NCBI RefSeq assembly: GCF_021028975.2
Contig: NC_059427.1
Coordinates: forward strand, 52,948,001 to 53,012,000
Source of the DNA: Sphaerodactylus townsendi
Lineage: Eukaryota
Length of the DNA: 64,000 nt
Reading direction: 5' to 3'
The position numbers and the translations under genes are program-made. The stretch's first letter is position 1. The number at the start of each line of letters is the position of its first letter. This document shows positions 12,721 through 43,438 of this stretch, in pieces. The notes below the pieces were generated by a model, which did not search any database, was not told the origin of the DNA, and saw only the letters and a program-made list of their open reading frames with translations.

Positions 12721-15198
12721 AAAAGGGAGCTCACACGCAGGGTGGGTGGGTTTGAGGGGGGCCCATCAGAGGAGCATTCCTGCTGAGGATGCTGAGGCTG
12801 AGCCTCCTGCCATCCCTCCCCCCCCAAAAAAAACTTTTGGCCAAGGTGAGTGGAATTGCTCCCCTTTCCCGATGACACAAGCAGGCCTCTCCCCCTCCCC
12901 TCTCTGTCAAGCACACGCACGCACACACCGGGCAACAAGCATTCATGCTCTGGTACTGCTGCTTCACACGCCACCCATCCACAAATAGCAATGATGCAAT
13001 TTGATCTCCCACACCTCAAAGTCATGTCATGCAACTGTGCAGAGGAATTCATACCCCCAGCACTCTAGGAATGATACCACTGGCTCTGGTTCACAGCTGG
13101 TTTGAGATGTTTGCTCCAACGCCCACCCCAACGGAGACAATCGAAGTTAGGATTCTTTAGAATGTGCGGTGTGTGTTGCAGTAAATAATCACAAGCTTGT
13201 TTTCCAGAGGACCTAGCCCTATACTTGGAGCCCCTAGTCGTCAGGAGTGACAAACTAAGCCACATGCATGAGTGGGGGTGGGTGGATTGAGGGGGTCTGT
13301 TAAATCGAGTCTGCTGGTAAGACAGCAGGCTTTCTGGGTGCACAGAATTCTTTGTGCGAAAAAATGGTGAAGAGCTGACACCGTGCAAGAAATGATACAA
13401 TCTGCAGTGTCTGGAAGCTGTCTTATCTGAAACTTAATAACATGCAGGTCAAGCACTGAATCTTCCCTCTCCCAATTCCCAACTCTGACTCTCTTCCCAG
13501 ACCTAAACCATCAATTTCTATGCAGGAGTTGGAGGGATCTCTTTTCTGTTACTTATGGATTTTATATACCTGGATGACTCCATCTGACCATCCACAGAAT
13601 TGCAAGTTACACCAGCATCTTATTTGAAATCATATTTTTAACATGGGAAAAAGCACTTCACATTCATGGAAAGGAAGAACATGTAGGGAACATGATTTCA
13701 TTACATTAATTTGTTCAACACACGCACACATCACTTTTCTCCTGAGTTAGGCTTTTCCTAAGAGGCAAACCTGAAACATGGCACTTGAAAGTTACTAAAG
13801 TAGTTGACTAGGAGTTAACTTGCCCTCCAGTCTTAAAACTGGCAGCTTGAAAAGGCTAGAGGTTGCTGGGTGCCCTGGTCAGCTGGCTAGAGATGCTCTT
13901 CTTAGGAACCAGACTAGAAATGCAAAAGAGACACCAGGAAAGCTTTGAACAATCTGACATCTTGGCCTGGGATTCACCCCATTTTCCTGGATCCAAGAAA
14001 ACTGAGATTATGGGGGGGGGGGTTCCCACAAAACTCCTTTTAGAGCTAGGCTAATGCCCGTGACAATCGAGCAGGCTGGTGTGTGAACATAGGAGAGATT
14101 TGCTGCTTGTTTGAAATAAACCAGTCTTGCTGGGTCTCCTTGGAGCATGAGTGGGATAAAGAACTGACCCCACTTCCGTCTTTTCTGAACAAATGCTAAG
14201 GCTCTGACCTTTCAAAAAGAACACAAACATACATATAGCTGGGATTATGGAGGGGAGATGGGAGTCACATTTGCAAGATTGGTTTATATATTTCTAATGT
14301 TTGCTTGCTCAACTAAATGCAGAGTTCTTTCTCTCCCTAATCATTCATCTGCATAAACGTGTACAGATCAAAGCAGCTTATCGCCTGACTACAGGAAGTA
14401 GACAAGAGCCCAATGGAAAAAAATATGACATTTGGTATCTTGGAGAAGTAAATACTTTTTTTGCCATTTAGTGTTTTTTTTAATGTAGAAAGTCCTTTAA
14501 GGAGTCTGGGAATAAGAAGTGCGGTTTATATTGGAACCTGTTGCGTGCGTGTTCTTAGAGATCCAAAGATGAAAGAGCTTTGAGTTCGACTGGCGTTAGA
14601 TGAGTTTCTCATTAACAGCATCTTAGCCAGATAGGGAAAATGACGCTTCTGTTCCTCAAGTGAAGCACATTTTGCATCTCGCTGTACCTTCTGTTCAAAT
14701 GTAAAGAAAACACCTATGCTAAACTACGCTGGCAATTTGCTCAGGGTTCTGGAGGGGGGAAGGGGAGCGGCTCAGGCCTATTAGTATCCAGTCTGGCTGA
14801 GCGTGTTTTAGAACAAAATGTAGGGCAGGAGGGCCCAAAAGATTTTAAAAAATTATACCACAGCTAAAGGACATGAAAAGGCCCAGAAAGAAGGAGCAGG
14901 GGCGGGTGTGGGACAGGGCTGCCCACTACCCCGTGGAGTTAGTGAAGATTTGAGGAAAATTAAACTGGGCGATGCACCCCTGTTTGTGTCGGAGGCTCTT
15001 TTGCCTGCACTGCAGCCTGCACCCAACCAGAGGCGCCAACCCCGTGCCACTCTCAGCACCAGTTCAAACCTGGATGTCTGCGCCAGGCCTGTCTGATGGG
15101 ATGCTAAGGAGGGGGAGAGGGGGCGGGGAGAGGCGCCCGAAGAAGGCAGCAGGGTTGGTCTGGGAACTTCCAGCGCTTCCCAGTTTTCAATCAGTCTG

Positions 15199-15238
15199 AG
15201 TTTTTAATAAGATATAAAAGTTTTTAATAAGATATAAA
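15199..15238. repeat. 20-bp perfect tandem duplication
   Basis: (AGTTTTTAATAAGATATAAA)x2. Confidence 0.9.
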
Positions 15239-17872
15239 AATGAGCATAAGACTGAGAAACATCTTAAAAGAAGGTCCTAGTACACATAAATTGTTCCCTA
15301 AAGAAAACAGAAACTAGAACATCAGTTCTTTGTACTTAATTCAGTAGATCTTACTCTAAGGCCGTACACACTAAGCAAGATGTTACTTGAAAGTTAACTT
15401 TACTGCACTCAGTAGAATTTATTTCTGAGCAAACACTCATAGGATTGAGCTGTATGAAACAAAGGGGTGCATTTAAAAGGAGAGGGAAGGCAACTATCTC
15501 TTCCCCCTCCCGAAGGAATTATTTTCTGCACCACAAAAGTAGACATTCATTCTAGTTTCTCTACCTACGTCAGCAGAAAGAGGGTTGGAGGGGAGCTTTC
15601 AGCCAGGAAGAGTAACCTGGAAGAAAGGGGGCTGCATTTATGGTCCTTATGCCAGGACATGGGTCTACTTCAGATTGGGTAAGCCCTGAACTCAGTAGAT
15701 CTCACCTGCTAGGTTAGCATTGTGTAGCACACTGGTTAGGTTGGCATTGCACTGCACACTGAGCAGGAGCAGGGCAGGGGGCCGCTCAACTTCTTGATCT
15801 CTGCCTCTGGATGAGCCACTTTTTGTTAGATCTGTTCACAAAAGGTCTCTCCCCCCCCCCTCCAGGTGCTCCCTGTAATATCACAAGGTATTTACAAGGT
15901 CAAGGCATGGGGGGAGGGGGGAGAATCCCTTGCCAGCCAATAAACCTTAAAGCAGTCTGAGGTGCCTTTCCAAATTGGGGGGGGGGGGAATAGCTCATAA
16001 AAGGCAAGGAGGAACTTGGTCTAATTACCACCCCCACATAAATTACCACCCCCTACATTAAAGAAGATGGGAAAACAGCACTTTCCTTGAAAATGCAAAG
16101 CTTCCATAAGACAAGAAGGGTTGTTTCCCGGGCCAGAATTCTGTGTCTTCTGCTGAGCAGTCTGCAAGACTATCTCTACATCTACCTGCTCATTGGTATA
16201 AGAGTCAGAGTGAGCCTGAAGGCATGCTGGTCACTAAAAGAGGGGTGGGGGTGGAAACACCCCAAAGGACCTTCCTACCCCATGCAATTAATCAGGAAGG
16301 CGGACTGTGATCACCTCTAAATATCTGGGGGGGGGGAGGAAGGGGAGTCTGTAATGGTGTGAGAAGAGGGCACCTCGCTCTTGTCATGGGTGTCCACTAA
16401 ATCACGGCCAGAGGTTATGTGTGCAGGACAAGCTAAAAAAATTTAAACAAGGGGGGAGGGGGTGGGACGGAGGTTTGTTTAGGTTGTTCAGTGTCTTGGA
16501 TTTGAAAGAAGGATTTAGCCATTTGATCTGGAGCGGGAAAGAAGCGAAGCAAGACTGTAAAACAAATGCTAATATTAGCAACATAGATAGTGGGCACCAA
16601 TAACCCAGCAGAGAGCCTGACTCTCCAGGGAAAGAGGGTTTGCCAGCCTATCCTGGACAATAAGCGAGACACTTAAAAAACCGTACATGATCAAGGGAAG
16701 GATATGGCCACTCATGTTGTCTTTTATATTGTGAAAAAGATTTGATTTTTAAAAAACCTTAACGAACATTGATTAGAGTTTGGAGGATCAAACAGATTCC
16801 TCATCCTCCAATTCTCTCCTCACACCCAATGTGTTAAATGTTAGAAGGGCAGTCAGAGAGGTTGCTGACCAAGCGATAGAAATACTCCCTTGTTAGTCAG
16901 CTCAAGCAGGAGCCTCAAAAGTGTAGCCAACTTCATTGAATCAGAAATGGAATTTAAAGGTTTTTTTTAAAAACTAGCAACAGTTAGTTTAGAAAGAATT
17001 CTTTCTAAAAAAAATATGATTTTAAATTTTGTCTTGCAGCATAATTTTTATATCACATAAAGAATGAGTGTTCTTGTTTGGGGTCTTCCAGCCCTTGGAA
17101 ATCTCCTCGCCTCCTCTGGCTTCCGTTGAGGCAAACATGTTCAGACCACCCTGGAGGAAGTCTTCCTGAGTAAAGGGTTCAATAGTTGCAGGACTGATAC
17201 TTCCACTAGGAATTATTTGGAATGTCATTTTCCTTGGGCAGAAACTGTTTGGCATTTTAAAAGAAGAAAGAAATCCACCTACTGATAACTCATTGCGTTA
17301 CCGTGTTAGTTTGACCCACGCCACTGAAGCACCATGTAAACTGTACGTTAACACAAACCACTCTGCCTTGATTTTCAGTGAAGGAAATCCCAAGTTCCGA
17401 TCCTGAACACCTTTGTTCGGCAGAAATTCCATTCACTTGCAGACAAGTCAGTGTGACCCAAACCAAACGAACCCAGAACTGCAGTTATGGCTAACTGAAA
17501 ATAAAAGCAGCATATCACTGAAACGCAGGGGGAAGCAAACAGGCAGGCGCGCTTTAAAAAAATCTCTAGGAGGTTGAAAAAGGTTTTTCTTCAAATACAC
17601 ATACATGAAGCAAATAAATGGAAGCAGTTTTGCTCTTGTTTAAAATTCTAGCTGTCCAGGCTTCGTTTAGACATTACATAGTGCTCCCCCACCCCGGGCA
17701 ATGATTTGTTCATTTTCTCTTCTTTTTACCCCCACCCAGTCAAATCCCCTCCTCCAATTATTTAGTGCCCACATTCGTAGTGTGTGCGCGCGGGTAGGGG
17801 CTTGTTTTGCATTCAGTACAATGCATACTGTCCAATGCATACTGTTCGACCTGATAGAGGTCGAACCCAGCG

Positions 17873-17874
<2 letters not shown>

Positions 17875-17916
<42 letters not shown>
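17875..17916. repeat. (GA)21 microsatellite
   Basis: Direct inspection. Confidence 0.95.
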
Positions 17917-17921
<5 letters not shown>

Positions 17922-18019
17922 GGGAAGGGAGGGCTCCCCCCCAGAGCAAAAGTAGCAAAGGCAACGTGAGAGTGGAATGGAGTGGGAGGCGGGGAAGGGG
18001 AAAGGGGGGGGGGGAAGAG

Positions 18020-18372
18020 TCTTTGGCGGCTTCGGCGCTTTTGGGCTGTTTGGAGTCAACGAGGGGGATGCCTATTTCTCGGGGCCAATAGCGAGGCTGG
18101 GCTGGGCGCCGAGCCGGCTGATTGGCTGGGCGGAGGTTCTTAGCCTGCGCGTCGCCCCTAGTTCATGTCTACTGAACTGAGTCCAGCTGGCGCCAGCGCT
18201 GACATAGGATGCTTTGGGGATGGTGCAAAAAGGGCCCGAATAAGTGGAGCTGCTGCTGCTGCCGCTGCTGGCCCGCCGCGCCGGAGCCCCCAGCCAAGGC
18301 TCCTCCGGCTCGCTCGCCTCCGCCGCCCCCCCTCCCCGCGCCGCCCTTCAAACAATCAGCCGCCACCCCCCG
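18020..18372 (+). promoter_or_regulatory. CpG-rich candidate upstream promoter with two CCAAT boxes and a GC box
   Basis: ggCCAATag at 18085, ctgATTGGct at 18121, GGGCGG at 18128-18133. Confidence 0.6.
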
Positions 18373-18472
18373 NNNNNNNNNNNNNNNNNNNNNNNNNNNN
18401 NNNNNNNNNNNNNNNNNNNNNNNNNNNNNNNNNNNNNNNNNNNNNNNNNNNNNNNNNNNNNNNNNNNNNNNN
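18373..18472. other. Assembly gap (100 N, probably unsized)
   Basis: N run. Confidence 1.
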
Positions 18473-18536
<64 letters not shown>

Positions 18537-18544
18537 TGTGTGTG
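18473..18544. repeat. (TC)23(TG)13 compound microsatellite, left end truncated by the gap
   Basis: Direct inspection. Confidence 0.95.
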
Positions 18545-19890
18545 TCTGTGTATCTCACCCCAAGCTCAAGTGCGTCTGCCGGAAGGTAGGCAGGGCAGCT
18601 TGACAGGGACTTTATTCCCACGTAAGAGTTTATAGGATCGCAGTCACGAAAAGGAGGTAAACATCAGGGAAGGGAGTTTTCCATGCTCACTGGACGATTC
18701 TGTGTTCGTTTACCTCGGGAGTAGAGGCCCGAGTATTTCAGTGACACTGCACTTCATGTGGTATACACTCTGAGGGTGGTCTAAATGCTCTGCATCGACC
18801 CTGCAGTGCTATTCTGCAACTTGGGGCCAAGTTCGGGTACAGGGTGGAGGTGTTGGATGGAGCGCTCCTGGGGGCCGCTAAAGGAATGGATGTTGCGCTC
18901 CTTTCGGTGCACCAAGGCCGTTGTCGCCCAAGTGCCGCCCCGCGATACCTGCCAAGATCATTACAAGAGATGCACTCCTTGGAAATCCTAGAAAAGGTAG
19001 GAGTGCCAAGTGTCGGGATTGATGTTCACTAACAAGCGCTGCAGTTCTGATCAAGACATTCGTTATTATTGGCTCTGGGGATCCGAAGGAGTGGGAGGTT
19101 CGGCAAATAAATAACGCTAAAAAATAAAGCTGGCGAGATGATCCACTCATCATTGCTGCGCCTTTTTAAAAACCAGCCGCTGTTCGTACATGTAACACGT
19201 GTCTTGGGGCCTCCTGCGTACCTTTGGTAAATAAGTCTTGCATAAACCTTTGGTGCCTGCCAGGGCTTATCAACGTATCCCGCTTCCTCCAGCCAATCAG
19301 ATTTCACCTTCAGCACCGTTTTCCAGGAGCCCCAGGACGCATTGGTAGAACTCTGCCAATCTGCTGGGGATCTGTCCCATTTCACAAGACAATTGGATGT
19401 GCCCTTGAAACCTGCGCCTCGCCCTGGCCCATTTGACTGGTAGAGGCAACCCCCCTGAGCAGGGGAGAATTCCTTGCTGTCATTAGGAAACCACGCTCCT
19501 TTCCCCCCCCCCACTTTACCTTAAGCCCCGCGCTACTGGGTCCCTCTGCACTCTCCCACCGAGAGGGGCGTCGACAGCGCAGCTGCCACCACGCTGCTGC
19601 TGTTGCGCCCCTCAGCGCTAGGGTACTCCTGGCGCTCTTTCAAAGGGCGCCTTTTGATGACCCTGGTGCAGAGGGGGGGTCCTGGTGCGCCAGGGATGCC
19701 ACGCCGAGCTGGGGATTCGTAATGAGCAACTCTCGGAAAAGGGTAAGGGGTAGGAAAGGGTCAGTAAGTTTGCAGCGAAACCACTGGGCTGGGGTAAGTG
19801 GGGGGGGCGCCGTTTGCCATGATGCGAGACCGCGGGAATCCTGGCCTCTGGAAATTCTACACCAGCATTAAATTCTGCCCCTCAACCCCA

Positions 19891-20213
19891 AAGAAGAGCA
19901 GAAGAGAAAAACTGCTTTTATAACCCAACTTCCTGCCCACCATTTAAGGAGCCCAGCAGCTCACAACAAGCACCTTGTGAGGTAGGCGAGGCTGAGAGAA
20001 ATCTGAGAGACTCCAAGGGCACCCAGCAGGCTTCATGTGCAGGATTGACATCCAACCCAGTTCTACAGATTACTCCTCTCTGTTCATGTGGAAAAGCAGA
20101 GGATCACACTGCGATGCTCTGCATCAGTGCCAGTAGCTCATGTGGAGAAGAAGGGAATCAAACCCGCTTCTTCAGATTAGAGTCCACCTCTCTTAACCAC
20201 TACAACAAGCTGG
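19891..20213 (-). mobile_element. tRNA-derived squamate SINE (Squam3-like); duplicate at ~48775-49099
   Basis: Minus-strand head with A-box-like TTGTAGTGG and B-box GGTTTGATTCCC, a (TCT)-rich tail, and similarity to the element at 44829-45110. Confidence 0.75.
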
Positions 20214-20755
20214 AACTGATTGTTGTTCCAGGTACACCTTAATTTGAAAATAACAAACCCGTGGTAGCGAAACGTCAAATGTGGCTGGGATTGGAATGGA
20301 TCGTGGGTCTCTTTGACAATCCTCATTGCCAGGACCAAGTTGGCAACAATCCAAGAACCAAAGTCACGCCACAGAATATTAATTACTTAAAAAAAAACAC
20401 CGGACACCACCCCGTCCAACCATAGCGCAAACAAGATCCCAGTGAGGATGAGCACGACATATAGACCGGGTGGCCCGGTGACATCGGGCAGCGGTTTGCA
20501 GCCCGCCAGAGTACACCTCGCAGATGGGTGGCACAGCAGTCCGCGGTGAGCCAGTCTGAGCGCACCTTGGACGCCCGGCTTGGGTGGGCGGGGGGGGGGG
20601 GTGTGTGCGCGGGGATCCGCGGCGACTCTGGATCAGAAACGCGCAGCTGCCGCGCCTCGCTGGGGTGCGCCGTGGAGGTGCTGGCTGCCGGGCGGGCCGA
20701 GGAAGGCGCGCCTGCCCCCCGCCCGCCCGCCGGAGGTGCGGGGCTGCCATAGGTG

Positions 20756-20774
20756 GGAGGCGGGGCGCATGCGC
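20756..20774 (+). promoter_or_regulatory. GC box overlapping an NRF1-type palindrome; candidate main WNT5A promoter
   Basis: GGAGGCGGGG (20756-20765) and GCGCATGCGC (20765-20774), ~680 bp upstream of the ATG; retained in copy 2 (49633-49642). Confidence 0.55.
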
Positions 20775-21447
20775 AGCTGCCGAGGGCTCCCCGGGTCTCC
20801 GCTCCGCTCGCCTCCCAGACCTGCCGACTTTCTCTTGCAGCGGGCAGCAGCCAGAAGGGCGGCCGCGCACGGCATGTAGCTGGGCCTCGATCGCGCCACT
20901 CGCCGGGGCTGCCCGGGGCCAGCAGCAGCAACTCAGGCTGTTACCGCCGCGCTCCCAAGCTCGCCTGCGCGGAGCAGCAGCACCGTCTCGTCCCGCTTCC
21001 GTCTCCGCGCCGCTTTCGCTCGTTTGCAATGGAGGTTGCCTGAAGGGGCACGGCGCGGCAGCTCCAGGGGCGCCCTGGCGGCAGCGGGTAGGCAGGAGGC
21101 GAGCGCCGGGGCAGCCTCCCCCGAGGGCGTGCCCGGCAGCAGCCAGCCGGTCCCCGGAGTGACGCGATCGCACCCAGCCCGTGCCTCGCATCTTGGAGGT
21201 GCCTCCGTGCCGGCGGTCCGGTCCGCGCTCCTGCCCCCACCGGGCTGGCTTCTGTCGTGATCGCGGGATGGACCTAGCTGGCAAGGAGGCTTCTCTGGCC
21301 CGCCGCCCCGGGCGCTTCGCTGTAGAGCTCTGCCTCGGAGTGGCGTCCCACGACGCCCTCCGCGCTTCTGGGCTTCCCCGCTTGGATTTCACTCGGACTT
21401 TGTGGCCCGCTTCTCTCCCCCTCCTCCCGCGCGCCCCCTCCCCAACA

Positions 21448-40429
<18,982 letters not shown>

Positions 40430-40460
40430 GTGGGAATGGGTGGGAGGAGCTCTTCCAGTC

Positions 40461-40478
40461 TACCAGCAGGGGGCGCTG
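40461..40478 (+). promoter_or_regulatory. CTCF-type motif just after the stop codon
   Basis: CCAGCAGGGGGCGC (40463-40476) fits the core consensus CCASYAGRKGGCRS exactly. Confidence 0.6.
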
Positions 40479-41019
40479 TCCCAAGACGATGTCTGCTCTT
40501 ATTTATAGAGCCCAATGGGTTGCTTCCTTGTTTATATATTAAAAAAACCTTTTTTTACAAGAAAAAATGATGGGAAATGTTGCTGCGCCCAGCTCAGACT
40601 GTGCATAGTTTTATATTTTTTTGAAACAATGGGGGAGAGCCTGAGAGAATATTTATTTTACACAACCAGAATTAAGACTTAAAATAAAAATAGAGTAGTT
40701 AAAGGGAAATTCAGCCTATCTGCCTATAGTCTAATGAATAACTCAGTACATGTGCAGTAGATAAGGTGTTTGCTTGGGATCAGAGCAGGATCCATTTGGA
40801 CTTGGTGTCATGCAGATCTGTACATGATGGTTCTTCTTAGCTCTAGTGACCAAAAAAAGAATGAGAACAGTCAGATGCAATGCTGATTGATATATCCACA
40901 AGGCTTAGCATGGAAGCTGCCTTATCAATGCCTATGGGGCAAGAAGAAGAAATGAATGGTGTAAGTTTTCACCTGTGCTGCCAGGGAACATTGAAAGGTC
41001 CATTAATTTAACATAGTGT

Positions 41020-41315
41020 CAGGGGTGTAACAAGGGTGGAGTAAAGGAGGGCTCTTGTCACAAGCACCAGTTGCCTGGGGTTGCCCTCCTTTCCTCCGGA
41101 TAGAGCATGCATTACTGAGTAGTAGTGTGTAAGATCTTGGAACATTGGTGGACAGTAAATTAAATATGAGCCATCAGTGTGATGCAGTGACAAAAAGGGT
41201 AATGCAATCTTGGGGGTGTATCAATAGGGGTGTAAATCCAGATTGCAAGAGGCGAGGGGGGGGGGCACAATTTGAGAGCTTGCCCTGGGCACCACTTTCT
41301 GTAGATACACCCCTG
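41020..41315. mobile_element. hAT-like non-autonomous element in the 3' UTR, with an internal CR1 fragment
   Basis: TIRs CAGGGGTGTAAC / GATACACCCCTG; 8-bp TSD CATAGTGT / CATGGTGT. Confidence 0.8.
41128..41232 (+). mobile_element. CR1 LINE ORF2 fragment
   Basis: Translates as DLGTLVDSKLNMSHQCDAVTKR...GCINRG, matching the CR1 post-RT motif DLGVLVDxKLNMSQQC...ILGCINRG. Confidence 0.8.
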
Positions 41316-42791
41316 CATGGTGTTTTCATTTACATTTGGCATTCCTGCAATAATGCACTGTGTGAATGAAGGGCATGTGAAAGACTTCTATGACAGTAAA
41401 TTCCAGCTTGTTTGCTGGCATCGTTTCCATAATGTATTTTCTCAGGAGCTGCAGGGGACAGAAGGAAACATATTTGGAGAATGGGATCTGGCAATTCTTG
41501 CTTCCAACAACTAGCAAAACCAATGGGCAGAACATTTGCCTTTGACTTTGCAGTGTAGATCAAAGCAGACTTTGGAACATTTCCACTTGAAGTAGAGTGT
41601 GCCCGTCTCATGCACATTTAGCAAACCATTTACTGCCTTACTTAAAAAGAATATCAAAGAGTTAGCTGAGGAATTTTTTGCACAATCTGGACGTTGTTGA
41701 CGGCACTGGAGTGGAAACGGCAAGCCTATTGTGCTTGAAAAGTTCTTTTTTCTTTAAACTCTCTTTATAGGAAAACATTGTTTTTTCTTTTTCTAAAAAG
41801 TGACCTGAGTACTTGGATCCCTTTTGAAAAAGGAGTTGAGTGCCGGCATTGTGGAATATTGGAAGCACTGAGTTGATGATGCAATACTAGGTTGTTTTTG
41901 TAAGTGGTTCAATGCAGTGTTGCAGCAACACCTGTCCTTTGAAAGACGACAACAAAAAACTGCACAGTGCTTTAGAAATATATTGCAGCTATGCACAAAC
42001 TGCTCAGATTATACTTGAGCAGTTTACTTATCTATGGGGCAACTATGGTCTGCTGGTGTCTGGTGTCTCAAACCCTTTTTATACATATATGTTGTCAGTA
42101 CAAACCAATGATTTTTTAAAAAAAATATAGAACTGTTCAAGTTACCAGGACAATTTCTTTGTTTAGACTTAGTGTGTTATTGCCTTCTACACCATAGCCC
42201 TTTTTACAATCTAACAAGTCACTTAGAGAAGAATCCTGAGCAGGTTGACTCAGAATTCTATTCAAGTTGATTTGCTATACTTACTCTGAAGAAAGTGTTC
42301 TTAGCCTGACACTGTTACGGCATTTCTGTAGGTTGGATTCTAGCTCCTTCTTGAAAAGTGCCATAACACACAAATCTTGGAAAGTCAGTTGGTCACAAAT
42401 TAATTTTAGTTTTTGTCAGAAGGCTGAGAGGAATTTTAATTATTTTAGTTGTGAAAGCTTCTGTGGTATATCCTTCCTGGATGAGTGGCGTGCTTGGTCA
42501 GCTGGTACAGGATCCACAGTGCCTCAGTTTACATTTCTTACCTTTCCCACAAAGGCATTATTGCTGATAATGGAAATGCATGCATGAAGGTTTCCTATGC
42601 AAATTGATCAGTTTCCCCATCAAAGACAAAATCTGTTTGCTTTTCCTGCTTGCCACAAGCTCACTGCATTTTTTAATCACTTCCAGCAGATCTCCCCAAG
42701 CTCATCCTGTTCAATAACTGGAAGTAGATTGGAATGTAAGCCTGGTTGCCACTTCAGGATTACTATACTAGAAGCTTAAATTTCTCACAAG

Positions 42792-42932
42792 GGCCCCTTC
42801 CGCACACGCAAAATAATGCATTTTCAAACCACTTTCACAACTGTTTGCAAGTGGATTTTGCTATTCCACACAGCTTCAAAGAGCACTGAAAGTAGTTTGA
42901 AAGTGCATTATTCTGCATGTGCGGAATGAGCC
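42792..42932. mobile_element. Harbinger-like MITE, 141 bp, in the 3' UTR
   Basis: ~37-bp imperfect TIRs (GGCCCCTTCCGCACACGCAAAATAATGCATTTTCAAA versus reverse complement GGCTCATTCCGCACATGCAGAATAATGCACTTTCAAA); perfect 3-bp TSD AAG. Confidence 0.85.
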
Positions 42933-43432
42933 AAGCCTACAAACCCATGAGGGGAAGGGTGGCCTATTAATAAAATAAATAATGATAATAAAACCTGCCG
43001 CATTGATCCCATCATGATGATCATCTTTTGAAATGATGATTGCTCTTAATTTATTGTACAAAGAAATATTTACCTCCATGGTTCCTGGAATTTGCAAACC
43101 AATGTCAACATTTTAAAAAATAAAGCACTAGTTCAATTGAATAAGACACTTTTGGTTTTTATTATACAAAAACCATAATCCTTTTTAATATGTTGACTCA
43201 CCTACTTTTTATAATGGCTACTTTCTGTGAGCAGAGAGGAGTCTAATGATCCTAGCTATTAAAATGCTATTTAATGTAAAATATTTCACTTGTGTTCATC
43301 AGATATTATGTAAATCTTCTATGTCCTCTTCTTTGTTCTGTACATTTAATGTACATATTTCCATCTTGTGTGATTTGTATATTTCACTGGTTTAAAAAAG
43401 GGCTTATGCCATAATGGAAGATAGACTATAAA

Positions 43433-43438
43433 AATAAA
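43433..43438 (+). terminator. Polyadenylation signal AATAAA (likely main site; another at 43119-43124)
   Basis: Canonical hexamer at the end of the conserved-looking 3' UTR block, with gttggtt and U-rich sequence downstream. Confidence 0.75.
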
